Shown here piece by piece: positions 25,301 through 35,599 of a stretch of 64,000 nt of DNA. How positions within the stretch are numbered: position 1 is the stretch's first letter; every line of letters starts with the position of its first letter. Where the stretch lies: the NCBI GenBank assembly GCA_964342815.1, contig CAYFHS010000006.1, positions 32,001-96,000 on the forward strand. The letters run 5' to 3'. Below the pieces are notes generated by a model. It made no database searches, was not told the DNA's origin, and saw only the letters and a list, made by a program, of their open reading frames with translations. The translations under genes were made by a program, and so were the position numbers. Source of the stretch: an uncultured archaeon (GTDB lineage: Archaea > Thermoplasmatota > Penumbrarchaeia > JASLWR01).

Positions 25301-28300
25301 ATGTTCGGTTCTCTGAAAAGGTCTCTTAATGTCTTTATACTTGTCCTTATGATAACCAGCAGTTCTTATCATTTTTCCTTCCCGACCGATGATGGAGATA
25401 CTTTTTATAACGGTAAAATACGCAGGGTCGACTTAGATATCGATACCTCCCAGGAATCAACTAGGGCTGAATTGTCTCAGATACTACTAACCGAAACTTT
25501 CGAATCCAATTCTTTTGCAACAAATGGATGGGCCAAGGAGGACGGCAGCGGCGGGGTCGAGATAGTCACCACCAACCCGAAGAATGGTACACGACACCTG
25601 CATTTCAAAGGAAACAGCTATAATACACACGGCTATATTTCAAAGGTTTTGAACCTGTCCGCTTATTCCCAAGCAGTCCTGGAATTCGAAGCCTACGGGG
25701 GGCCTAGCAGCGGTGGAGGTATAGACGGACCGGGAGGAAGCGAGGACATTCTCTGGGTGGATTTTCGTTCGTCGGCAACCAGCCAATGGACCACTTTAAA
25801 CTACTGGCATGGAGCTAACTGCAGCCTAAACCAGTACCGCTTCGAAAGAGTGACCCTACCTTCTTCGTCGTTTACGAACACCAGTGCAATTCGATTTAGA
25901 AACAAGATAAGTGTGAATAGCGAGTATTATCGCATTGACGATATTAAGGTAAAAGCAGCACCGCAGTTGGAAATTAATACTGATAACATCGCAGCTACTC
26001 CATCCTCGATATTGAGATACAATGGGACTATTAATATAAGCGGATCGTTCACGGATGACGTTGGTTTCGGGATATTGGATTATAAAATATCAATCGGAAT
26101 AAGGGATCCGGAGGGAAAAGAGACTCTATTGATAGATAACAAAACAAGCGGGAACGATTCTCTGAATATTCAACAACAGTCGCCAGGTGAATTTAATTTT
26201 TTCTACATCTGGTCCCCTTCGGAGAATTTTCTTTTCGGTAAATACGATATCAATATTAAGGTCTACCACAGACTCGGATGGAAATGTCTGCTTAGTTATG
26301 ACGATAATGATTGTAACTTCACACTTTTATCCGTAGCTCCTTACTTTCGGAATGAGTCTATCTTTTTCGAAAAAGAACCTCTAAACGCTCTGGACCCGGA
26401 TGGGATTCCAATTACAATAAAATTCCATGATGTTGATCGCCAATCCCCCGATGACTTTTTCATGAATCTGACCCTACGAGGAACGGAGAACAATATTACT
26501 ATATTCAAAAGTGCAACAAACGTGTCCGGGCTGAATATTTCAATGACGGAAAACGGGACCTACGAAGCAGCCCACGTATGGTATCCGGAAAATCCGGATG
26601 ATTTGGTCGAGGGGAGATACAGCGTTGACCTTGGTTTGTGGGAGGAAGGCGGACCGTTGGTAGAGATGGAAATCTTTAATATCGAAAGAAACGTCACTCT
26701 GGTAAAGAGATATGTTCCAGGGATAATATCACTGGCGTGTCAACCGGACACTATCAATATGAGCGGTTCCGGGAAAACCACGATACAGGGTGAGTTTTTC
26801 GATAAGGACACGAGCTCCATGATGGATTTCGAAATATCACTGAAGATAAGGGATGGAGATGATAAGGAGATAATTCTTACAGATGGGGCAAAGAGCGGCG
26901 AGAATGGTGTAATCATCGAGAAATCGGGAATATTCAGGTGGCGTATTACTTTTGCATATGATCCCCCGGTGACCCTTCGTCCGGGACCCTATGATCTTTA
27001 TATGGATGTATTCGACGGTGAATCAACCCTCACTAGTGAAGGGTTTAATAACAATACCGATGAGCTGTTTATTTACAACAACACCAGTCCAATAATCCAT
27101 GAGATCACACTCAGCAGATCGGTAGTGAACAAATACGGCAATGATTCCGCAAGGCTGAGCATCATCTTTTCAGATCCAGATGGCGAATCCATGGGTAATT
27201 TCACCATCAATCTGACCCTAATTGACTCGGAGGGCAATTTATATACACTGGTGAACGGTGAAAAGGAAGGCCCCAATGCAAGCATATCGTATCTGGCCCC
27301 CATAGACGGTCACAGTTACGTATTCACGTTTGATATCGACCCAGATACTTCGTTTACGGAGGGCCCGTACGGACTGTCTTTCAATGTCCGGGACAAATGG
27401 GGTGGTATTGATGGATTGGCTTACGGTGAGAACGACCTGAACCTTACTTTCTTCTACAATTATATACCGTCCCCTCCATCGAAAATTTGGCCCAACAGCA
27501 CCACCGATAAGCTTCCATTGATAAGCTGGTGGGGGGCATTGGACCTGGAAACACCCCACGAAGAGCTCGAGTATTCTATAAGGATCGGAACCGCCGGAGT
27601 TGACGATAATATCCTGGCCTGGCACGATGTAGGCCAGCGAACGACCTATCAGGTAATGGAAGAACTTGAGGTAGGTTTTTACCATATCCAGGTAAAGAGT
27701 TATGACGGTGATTTTTACTCCGAAGTTTCCAGCTCCATCATGACCATTGCCCCTGATGGCAATCACCCTCCAGGGGTGCCTGGTGCCATCAGTCCGCTTT
27801 ACACCGTCCGTCGAGATCCCACCATCACCTGGGATGCCAGTATTGACCGGGATGTCAACGATCTTATCGAGTACTTCATAAGCATTGGAACGGACTGGCA
27901 TGCCAGTGATATCATAAAGAGCACACCCACCAGTGTGAACACGATCTACCAGCTACCGTTCATGCTGTCCTACGGCACATATTACGTTCAGGTTATGGCC
28001 ACCGACGGATACGAATTTTCCCCTGTCAGGGAACAGCGGATGATCATCTTCGATCCGTCAGATAACATAGCTCCGTTCCCGCCCAAATCTATTATGCCGG
28101 ATGTGACCCGGAACCCATACCCATTGATCCAGTGGGAAGGCGCCGTGGACCTGAACGGCGACGACCTTCTTTTCTGGTTCAGGATAGGCAGCGGCCCCGG
28201 CCAGGGGGATATTATACCTTGGAGTAGCACGGGGAAGAGCAATTATTTCCAGATCGAGAAGTCAATGGCCCCCGGGGATTATTATGTCCAGGTAAAATGT

Positions 28301-30265
28301 TATGACAGCCAGGCATTCTCAAGGATATTCGAAGCAGTTATCCGGGTGAAAACGGAAAGAGAAATCATCGGTCCCACGGAGATCATACCTCGTATCTCAT
28401 CGGATCCCACGCCTCTCATAAACTGGAGCGGAGCACATTACATGAACAGTCCCGGTACAAATGAAAACTTTTCTTACCTTATCCGTTTAAGCAGCGAGCC
28501 TTCTCTCGGTGATCTGCTCCCGTGGAGTCTGGTTTCGAATACTACGAGTTATCAGGTGGAAAAGCCCTTAAGACGCGGCGATACTGTTTATGTGGAGATC
28601 AAGGCATTCGATGGGCACCAGTATTCCGAAGTTTCAATATTCGATCTGTGGATCGGTGATTTTTCTCTGACGGTTGGGTTCAACGAAACGAACTATATCT
28701 ATAAGATAACGGGAGAGGCCAATCAGACCATCCGAGGATTCATCAAGAACAGCGGCCGGGATGACGTTACCGTGGAACTGGGTTTGGGCGGTACTTTTGC
28801 GAAATACGTCAAAGTACCAGCAGAGCCGCTTCATATCAAAAGCGGGGAGATGGTGAGCGTTCTTCTGACGGTGAACATACCCGATTCGGCCAATGTGAAC
28901 CGTGACTCGGTGATCGTTCTAATAGCCACTTCGACGGATGGTGCTGCCGCTCAGTCCGAGCTTTTGGGATTCGCAAGAGAGAAAGCGGAGGATGAAACAT
29001 GGAGTGAGGCACTGGGGATGAACCTGAACCTAATTCTCGGTTCTATAGTGCTGTTATTGGCTTTTTTCATTCTCCTTATATTGATAGTAAAACGTTCAAA
29101 GCGAGGTAAACGTGAACGATTCGAAGTAATGGAGGTGTCTAAAAGCTCCGAGGCCGTGGTAATCGATGATCTCGTACAGACCAGCATCTATTCCACCCAA
29201 CGCTTAAGCGATCGGCGTACCTTCGAAGCACTGGACAAGACGCTTCTCAAAATGTTCAAGGCTCATGGTGTAAGAACGAAATCCAGAGTGAAAGGCCAAA
29301 AGGGCAGGGCATTGGGTGATGGTAGCAAGGGTAAGAAGACTCCAGCACTTCCACCTCCATCTCCCGGTGCGCTAGAGCCGGGAGAAGTTAAGAAAATGCC
29401 GCCACCTCCAGGAGAACGTGTAGAGTTCCTTCCGCCGGGGGAGGACGTCCCGGCTGAGGAGCTTCCTCCCGCTCCGGAAATGGAATACATTCCGCCTGAG
29501 GGGTCCGGGAAGACACCTGTGGCCATTGGGGATGCCATAGTTGATGCAGAGGAAATTACCGAGAAAATACTTGAGTCCGATGAGATATCGGAACAACCGG
29601 AAGCGGATGCCGTTGCGGTTTCGTTAGAAGATGACGAGAACGTCGATGAAATGCCTGAGGGATTTGCGGAAACGCCCGAAGATGTATCAGTTGCAGTTGA
29701 GGGAGATGGTGAAGAGCCACTCTACGACTTGTCGGAAGATGCCGGGTCACTCCGGCCTACAGGAGATGATGATGATTCGGAACTGTCCGAAGTATTATCA
29801 CAGGATATGGATGAGGATTCGGAACTGTCCGAAGTATTATCACAGGATATGGATGAGGATTCGGGAATATCAGATGCAGTGACGGATGAGCCAAACAAGG
29901 GTGATCCGGCGGAACCGGATGAGCCACTCGAGTCGGCGGAACCGGATGAGTCTCATCCTGAAGAATCCGTCATTCAACCCGATTCCCCCATTGGAGCCGA
30001 GCCGTCAGGGGAGGTGGCTCCCGAACCTAGATCCGAATCACCGGAGCCGGTAGAGCAGCCAAAAGAGCCCGAAACTCCGCCTTCGGAAGCTGATATGTCA
30101 GTACCATCCGAAGGGGATCGCCCAACCACGGATGATCCGACGCCCCCGAAGTCCCTGGAGGAGGCTCCCGAGGCGGAAAAGGAAGATAGCGCAACTGATG
30201 TCGGTGACGATTCCAGCGCCCTTGATGATATAATGGATATACTGGGTATCGATGAGGATGAGTAA
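25301..30265 (+). CDS. Giant single-pass surface protein (jelly-roll tip, Ig-like and FN3-like stalk, TM, long acidic Pro-rich cytoplasmic tail), paralog 1
   Basis: Signal-like N-terminus; four ~125-aa Ig-like repeats; four FN3-like repeats (PxIxW...YxIxIG...YxVQVxxxDG); TM LILGSIVLLLAFFILLILIV followed by KRSKR. Confidence 0.85.
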   Translation: MFGSLKRSLNVFILVLMITSSSYHFSFPTDDGDTFYNGKIRRVDLDIDTSQESTRAELSQILLTETFESNSFATNGWAKEDGSGGVEIVTTNPKNGTRHLHFKGNSYNTHGYISKVLNLSAYSQAVLEFEAYGGPSSGGGIDGPGGSEDILWVDFRSSATSQWTTLNYWHGANCSLNQYRFERVTLPSSSFTNTSAIRFRNKISVNSEYYRIDDIKVKAAPQLEINTDNIAATPSSILRYNGTINISGSFTDDVGFGILDYKISIGIRDPEGKETLLIDNKTSGNDSLNIQQQSPGEFNFFYIWSPSENFLFGKYDINIKVYHRLGWKCLLSYDDNDCNFTLLSVAPYFRNESIFFEKEPLNALDPDGIPITIKFHDVDRQSPDDFFMNLTLRGTENNITIFKSATNVSGLNISMTENGTYEAAHVWYPENPDDLVEGRYSVDLGLWEEGGPLVEMEIFNIERNVTLVKRYVPGIISLACQPDTINMSGSGKTTIQGEFFDKDTSSMMDFEISLKIRDGDDKEIILTDGAKSGENGVIIEKSGIFRWRITFAYDPPVTLRPGPYDLYMDVFDGESTLTSEGFNNNTDELFIYNNTSPIIHEITLSRSVVNKYGNDSARLSIIFSDPDGESMGNFTINLTLIDSEGNLYTLVNGEKEGPNASISYLAPIDGHSYVFTFDIDPDTSFTEGPYGLSFNVRDKWGGIDGLAYGENDLNLTFFYNYIPSPPSKIWPNSTTDKLPLISWWGALDLETPHEELEYSIRIGTAGVDDNILAWHDVGQRTTYQVMEELEVGFYHIQVKSYDGDFYSEVSSSIMTIAPDGNHPPGVPGAISPLYTVRRDPTITWDASIDRDVNDLIEYFISIGTDWHASDIIKSTPTSVNTIYQLPFMLSYGTYYVQVMATDGYEFSPVREQRMIIFDPSDNIAPFPPKSIMPDVTRNPYPLIQWEGAVDLNGDDLLFWFRIGSGPGQGDIIPWSSTGKSNYFQIEKSMAPGDYYVQVKCYDSQAFSRIFEAVIRVKTEREIIGPTEIIPRISSDPTPLINWSGAHYMNSPGTNENFSYLIRLSSEPSLGDLLPWSLVSNTTSYQVEKPLRRGDTVYVEIKAFDGHQYSEVSIFDLWIGDFSLTVGFNETNYIYKITGEANQTIRGFIKNSGRDDVTVELGLGGTFAKYVKVPAEPLHIKSGEMVSVLLTVNIPDSANVNRDSVIVLIATSTDGAAAQSELLGFAREKAEDETWSEALGMNLNLILGSIVLLLAFFILLILIVKRSKRGKRERFEVMEVSKSSEAVVIDDLVQTSIYSTQRLSDRRTFEALDKTLLKMFKAHGVRTKSRVKGQKGRALGDGSKGKKTPALPPPSPGALEPGEVKKMPPPPGERVEFLPPGEDVPAEELPPAPEMEYIPPEGSGKTPVAIGDAIVDAEEITEKILESDEISEQPEADAVAVSLEDDENVDEMPEGFAETPEDVSVAVEGDGEEPLYDLSEDAGSLRPTGDDDDSELSEVLSQDMDEDSELSEVLSQDMDEDSGISDAVTDEPNKGDPAEPDEPLESAEPDESHPEESVIQPDSPIGAEPSGEVAPEPRSESPEPVEQPKEPETPPSEADMSVPSEGDRPTTDDPTPPKSLEEAPEAEKEDSATDVGDDSSALDDIMDILGIDEDE
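29774..29864 (+). repeat. In-frame 42-bp tandem duplication (DSELSEVLSQDMDE x2)
   Basis: Exact DNA repeat starting 29774 and 29816, with a partial third copy at 29858. Confidence 0.9.
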
Positions 30266-30427
30266 TTGGTATTATTGTATCCATGTAGAACCTGATTTAT
30301 AATGATTGGACGGCTCATTATCCGATTCTGATTCCTCAATCTATAGAATCGGCGTTAATTATATAATGATAATAGACAATGGCTTTTCATCGATTCCCAT
30401 CTTCCGGATTCGATCAGGTGAGAGTGG

Positions 30428-33400
30428 ATGTTGATAAAACTGCTGAAGAGGATTATGTTATCCCGTATCTTAATTTTTTTACTTTCGTGTTCGGTGATTT
30501 TTCCCTCGATATTTTCAGCAATTATTTATTCTAATCATCATTATAATGGGAAAGTGGTTTCAAATGGAGAAAACACCCGGAAAGTTCATTTTTCGAGAGA
30601 TCGAGCTTCCATTATTATCTTTGAAGATGATGTGGAACCGGGCGGGGATGCCGCGAACGGACTTTGGGCGATAACCGAGCTGGTGGATGAGGGTACTTGT
30701 GAGCCATGGGCCATAAGCTCAAGCAGGTCCCACAGTGCGACCCATTCATGGTGGATCGATGACAGTGATAAAAGGACCGCAGAGGTGATGGATACTCCAT
30801 TGATCAACATTCCCCGACAAGTTACTGACCCGGAACTGAGATTCTGGCACTATATTGATACCGAGAGCAGCTATGACGGCGGTTGGCTGCAGTACCGAAA
30901 GGACAACGGTGCATGGACCGACGTGCCAAAGGGAATAATCTCGAAAAACGCCTATAACGATCGTATAGGCTTTCAGGGTTCAGGGATACCTTCGCAGGTC
31001 GAAAAACAGGCGTGGTCCGGCAAACCCTATGCCGCTTTCTCGGAAGTTGTGGTGGATCTCACTAGTCTGAACCTTTCTGGACATATGCTGAATATCAGAT
31101 GGAGATTCGAATCTGACGGTGCTGTTGGAGGTGGGGGATGGTGGGTTGATGACGTAAAGATTACCGTGGAACCCAAACTTGTATTTGATAACGGCTCCAT
31201 AAGCTCTTCAGCGTCATCCCTGTATCGATATAACGGAACCACGAATATCACTGGCTTTTTTTCGGACCTAGCGGGATACGAGATCAATGATTATGAACTT
31301 ACCCTGGCCATCCGCGACCCGGAGATGAATGTTACGAATATATTAGACAACCAAACCCATGGTAATCATTCATTGAATGTGTTTAAACTATCACCGGGGA
31401 ATTTCTCCTTTTCCCTGAAACTGATACCCTCCTTGGACTTGCCATTCGGACCCTATGATATTTCGGTCTCAATAAGTAATGTAAATGGTTGGAATGACAG
31501 CGTCTCATTCGATGAAAATGATGCTACCTTTACGCTTCTCTCAACCCCCCCCTTTTTCAGAAATGAAACCGTCTATATCTTGGGTAACACTATAAATGTT
31601 CTTGATCACCGCGGTATTGCCATCAAGATAGTTTTCCATGATCCGGATGCCCAGGATCCCAACGATTTCTCGTTGGACCTATATCTGTCCGGATTCAATG
31701 TAAGGATTACCCTATTCGAAAATTCAACCAATAGCTCCGGTCTGGATATATCTAGGGGACCTGATAATGTATATAATGTATCATACATATGGCACCCTGA
31801 AGAGCCGGAAACGATGCTCGAGGGCAGGTATGAAATTGAATTAATCTTAAGGGAAGGTGACGATTATGAAATCGATCTGGGAATGTTCGATATTGCCCGT
31901 AATGTCACAATTGCAAAGGGATATGTCCCGGATATAATTTCACTCTCGTGTCTGCCCGAGACATTGAATGTAAGCGGTTCCGCAAGCACGGTATTTTTTG
32001 GAAGCTTCATTGACCCCGATACCCTCGATCCGGGTGATTTCCTGGTAACTATCAATGTACGAGATAGATATGGGGCGGTTGTTGAGATCGTCGATAACGG
32101 GAGTAATGGTGAGAAAGGAATCACAATAGTGAAAGAGGAAGCTGCGCTTTGGACTGTAAGCTGTCCATATGATCCCCCCGACGACGTATCACTGGGTTAC
32201 TACGACCTCGCCATAGGTTTGCTAGACGGTGATTTCTCATACGTATCCACCGGGTTCCATAACAATTCTGACGAATTACAGCTCTACCGCAACGCCAATC
32301 CCGTAATCGAAGAGGTGGAATGCAGCGCGCTCAGGGTAAACGTATTCGGAGAGGATTCCTGCCGTTTCAGCGCGGTTTTTTCTGATGCGGATGCCGAATC
32401 AATTGGGAATTTTTCGGTCTATCTTAATTTATTGGACCCTGAGGGAAATGTTCATGGTTTGGTGGGCGGACCCGGTGAGGATCTCAATGCGTCTGCAATG
32501 TATATCAGTCCTCTTGACAGCACCCTTTTTGTTTTCAGATATGACATCGACCCGCCTTCTAAGTTCATGGAGGGAGAATATCTGCTGTCCTTCGGTATTA
32601 GGGACGGTTGGCAGGGTTTGGATTCCCTGAGCTTTGGAGAGATATTGATAAATCTGTCGTTCTTTTACAACTCATTTCCTTCACCTCCCATGAAGATATG
32701 GCCGAACAGCACCACTGATACATTCCCCTTTATCTCATGGTGGGGTGCATTGGACAAGGAAACACCCCACGATAAATTGAAATACTGGATACAGATAGGA
32801 ACCTCCCCGGGAGACGACAACGTTCTTGCATGGTATAATACCAACTTCTCAACCTCCTACCAGCCCTTCAGGGAACTTATTACTGGCGTTTATTATATCC
32901 AGGTACGGTGTTTCGATGGTGAATATTACTCCGATACAGCGGAAATTGCAATGACAATAACCAGGACCGGTAACCGCCCACCAGAAATTCCGGGACCCAT
33001 CAGCCCAAAAAATACCGTAAGACAGGATCCCATGATTACTTGGGGAGCCAGTACTGAATATGATGTGAATGATATCATTGAATATACCATAACCATTGGG
33101 ACGGATTGGCATTCAAGTGATATAATGAAGGACATTCCCACCGGTGTCAATACGTTCTATCAGCTTCCGTTCAAGCTGGAATACGGCACCTATTACGTGC
33201 AGATCTCGGCGAACGACGGCTATGAGTTCTCCCCTGTTAGGGAGCAGGCCCTGGTTGTATTCGATCCTACCGATAATCTACCACCTTATCCCCCATCATC
33301 GCTGGAACCACGGGAAACGAGAAATTCCCTTCCATTTATCTCCTGGTCAGGTTCTATGGATCTCAACGGAGATACGCTTTTTTTCTGGCTTCAGATCGGG

Positions 33401-35599
33401 ACAAGTTCAGGCAGCGGCGATGTGCTTCCTTGGTGGAATACGGGTAAAAACAGTTATTTCCAGCTTTTTGAGGCACTACCGGAAGGTAGGTATTATTTCC
33501 AGCTAAAATGTTTTGACGGCTTTCTGTTTTCCCAGCTCTACGAGACCACCGTGGATATTTTGACCCCTCGTCCCCTTCTGTCTCCCACCAAGCTAGATCC
33601 ATGGTTCACCACTGATCCCATGCCCCTGTTGAAATGGAGCGGTGCCCGTTATTCAGACGGTAACGAAAGTGATGGAAATTTCTCCTATCTCATACGGATC
33701 GGGACCAATGGAACTTCCGGAGATATTATGCCGTGGACCCTGGTCGAAAATCGAACCTATTATCAGCTGGAGGACGAACTTTGGCTTGGAAAATCCGTTT
33801 ATGTCCAGATCAAGACCTTCGACGGAAGCCAATATTCCAACGCTTCGGTCTGGACCCTGGTGGTGACTGAATTTCGTCTGACGGTGGGATTCAACGTGAC
33901 AAATCAATTATTTAATCTGGAAGAGAGAGAAAACCAGATACTTACGGCTTTCATCATGAACCACGGGATCAACGACATAACTGTGAGCTTGAGTGTAGAC
34001 GGTAGTTTATCAAGTTACGTCGAAATACCCGAAAGTACTGTTCTAATTAGACGTGGTGAATTGGTGTCAATAACGCTGCTTGTCAATATACCATCCTCTC
34101 TGTCATTGGGTGAGAATTCAAAAATAACACTGACCGCCAAGGCCTCCGATGGCGCTGTTGCAAGTTCAGAGCCTTTATCCTTCGAAAGAGTTGTGCTGAA
34201 AGACGAGGAATGGTATTCTTCACTTAATGAAAATTTATATTTCATCATAGGGATCATTATACTCAGTTTTACCTTGATATTATTATTGATCTTGATAATA
34301 AAACGGTACAAGAGAGGAAGACGGGAGCGCTTCGGGGCCGTCAATGCTATGGTAGATATCACTGAAGAGGATATGGAAGAATATATTTCTGTCGATAACT
34401 ATTCAAAACGCAGAGCAGCACTCCGTCGATCCCATAGACAAGTCGACGCAGCCATTCTCGAAACGCTTCGAGCACACGGCCTGATGAGCGGAAAAAAGAG
34501 ATTGAAGGTCACATTTCAGCCCCGTCGTGTTCCCCTGGCTTTGAGAGGGGGAGGTGGGAATACAATGGGGACCCAGCCCCGTGCGTTACCGGCGCCACCC
34601 CCCGGTGATGCTCATTCTTCTCTAATCCTCCCTGATTTTGAAGACACATCACTTCTAATGGGAGATACCCCGCCACTGCTTGAAAAGGGCGCTTCGGAAG
34701 ATATTCGTGAACGTCCTCCAGGTCCTCCGGATGATACTCCTGCGCTTCCCGAGTCGGATATACCGGATGCAGGGCCTCTGTTTCAAGGCCCCCCGCCAGA
34801 TGACCTGGAAATGGATTACCTACCCCCTGAATCATTCGAAATTACCCATGACGACCCGATACCTGAAGGTGGGGTTGTTGAAGTTGAAGGTGTACTTGCT
34901 GATGAAAAGGAAGACATGAAGAGTGGTGAAGGTTGGGGTGAATTTGAGGTTGGAGTAACGAATGAAATAAAGAATGAATTTGAGGTCGGAGGGGATATAG
35001 AGAAAGAGGCTGCATATGAGGTGGGAGGGAATGTCGAGAAAGAAGCTGCCTATGATGTGGGAGGGGATATCGAGAAAGAAGCTGCCTATGATGTGGGAGG
35101 GGATATCGAGAAAGAAGCTGCCTATGATGTGGGAGGGAATATCGAGGAAGAAACTGCATATGATGTGGGAGGGGATATCGAGAAAGAAGCTGCCTATGAT
35201 GTGGGAGGGGATATCGAGAAAGAAGCTACATATGAGGTCGAAGAGGATGTTGAGAAAGAAGCTGCTTATGATGTGGGAGGGGATATCGAGAAAGAAGCTG
35301 CCTATGATGTGGGAGGGAATGTCGAGAAAGAAGCTGCCTATGATGTGGGAGGGAATGTCGAAATAGAAGATGAATTGGATGCTGGTGGAAATATTGAGAT
35401 AGATACCGAACTGAAAGCGGGGATGGATTATGATATGGGAGACGAGAAGAATGCCGGTACCGAAAATAATTTAGATGATCGAGCAGGTGAAATTCAGGAC
35501 GACCCGGAAGCGGTGGAAGAAGACAAATCGGAAGGGAGCAAATCTGCTCTGGACGATATTATAGGAATACTGGGAATTGATGACGATGAAGAATTTTAA
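30428..35599 (+). CDS. Giant single-pass surface protein, paralog 2, with InhA/MAM-like N-terminal domain
   Basis: LRFWHYIDTESSYDGG...RWRFESDGAVGGGGWWVDDVKI tip; stalk colinear with the 25301 gene; TM YFIIGIIILSFTLILLLILII followed by KRYKR. Confidence 0.85.
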   Translation: MLIKLLKRIMLSRILIFLLSCSVIFPSIFSAIIYSNHHYNGKVVSNGENTRKVHFSRDRASIIIFEDDVEPGGDAANGLWAITELVDEGTCEPWAISSSRSHSATHSWWIDDSDKRTAEVMDTPLINIPRQVTDPELRFWHYIDTESSYDGGWLQYRKDNGAWTDVPKGIISKNAYNDRIGFQGSGIPSQVEKQAWSGKPYAAFSEVVVDLTSLNLSGHMLNIRWRFESDGAVGGGGWWVDDVKITVEPKLVFDNGSISSSASSLYRYNGTTNITGFFSDLAGYEINDYELTLAIRDPEMNVTNILDNQTHGNHSLNVFKLSPGNFSFSLKLIPSLDLPFGPYDISVSISNVNGWNDSVSFDENDATFTLLSTPPFFRNETVYILGNTINVLDHRGIAIKIVFHDPDAQDPNDFSLDLYLSGFNVRITLFENSTNSSGLDISRGPDNVYNVSYIWHPEEPETMLEGRYEIELILREGDDYEIDLGMFDIARNVTIAKGYVPDIISLSCLPETLNVSGSASTVFFGSFIDPDTLDPGDFLVTINVRDRYGAVVEIVDNGSNGEKGITIVKEEAALWTVSCPYDPPDDVSLGYYDLAIGLLDGDFSYVSTGFHNNSDELQLYRNANPVIEEVECSALRVNVFGEDSCRFSAVFSDADAESIGNFSVYLNLLDPEGNVHGLVGGPGEDLNASAMYISPLDSTLFVFRYDIDPPSKFMEGEYLLSFGIRDGWQGLDSLSFGEILINLSFFYNSFPSPPMKIWPNSTTDTFPFISWWGALDKETPHDKLKYWIQIGTSPGDDNVLAWYNTNFSTSYQPFRELITGVYYIQVRCFDGEYYSDTAEIAMTITRTGNRPPEIPGPISPKNTVRQDPMITWGASTEYDVNDIIEYTITIGTDWHSSDIMKDIPTGVNTFYQLPFKLEYGTYYVQISANDGYEFSPVREQALVVFDPTDNLPPYPPSSLEPRETRNSLPFISWSGSMDLNGDTLFFWLQIGTSSGSGDVLPWWNTGKNSYFQLFEALPEGRYYFQLKCFDGFLFSQLYETTVDILTPRPLLSPTKLDPWFTTDPMPLLKWSGARYSDGNESDGNFSYLIRIGTNGTSGDIMPWTLVENRTYYQLEDELWLGKSVYVQIKTFDGSQYSNASVWTLVVTEFRLTVGFNVTNQLFNLEERENQILTAFIMNHGINDITVSLSVDGSLSSYVEIPESTVLIRRGELVSITLLVNIPSSLSLGENSKITLTAKASDGAVASSEPLSFERVVLKDEEWYSSLNENLYFIIGIIILSFTLILLLILIIKRYKRGRRERFGAVNAMVDITEEDMEEYISVDNYSKRRAALRRSHRQVDAAILETLRAHGLMSGKKRLKVTFQPRRVPLALRGGGGNTMGTQPRALPAPPPGDAHSSLILPDFEDTSLLMGDTPPLLEKGASEDIRERPPGPPDDTPALPESDIPDAGPLFQGPPPDDLEMDYLPPESFEITHDDPIPEGGVVEVEGVLADEKEDMKSGEGWGEFEVGVTNEIKNEFEVGGDIEKEAAYEVGGNVEKEAAYDVGGDIEKEAAYDVGGDIEKEAAYDVGGNIEEETAYDVGGDIEKEAAYDVGGDIEKEATYEVEEDVEKEAAYDVGGDIEKEAAYDVGGNVEKEAAYDVGGNVEIEDELDAGGNIEIDTELKAGMDYDMGDEKNAGTENNLDDRAGEIQDDPEAVEEDKSEGSKSALDDIIGILGIDDDEEF
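34979..35410 (+). repeat. In-frame 36-bp tandem repeat, about 12 copies (YDVGGDIEKEAA)
   Basis: Consensus tatgatgtgggaggggatatcgagaaagaagctgcc, contiguous with no spacers. Confidence 0.95.

Noticed and set aside
34979-35410. CRISPR interpretation of the 36-bp repeat, and the alternative-frame ORF 35016-35366
   Set aside because: No spacers; the repeat is in frame within a long CDS, and the MWEGISRKKLPM ORF is a shadow of that repeat.
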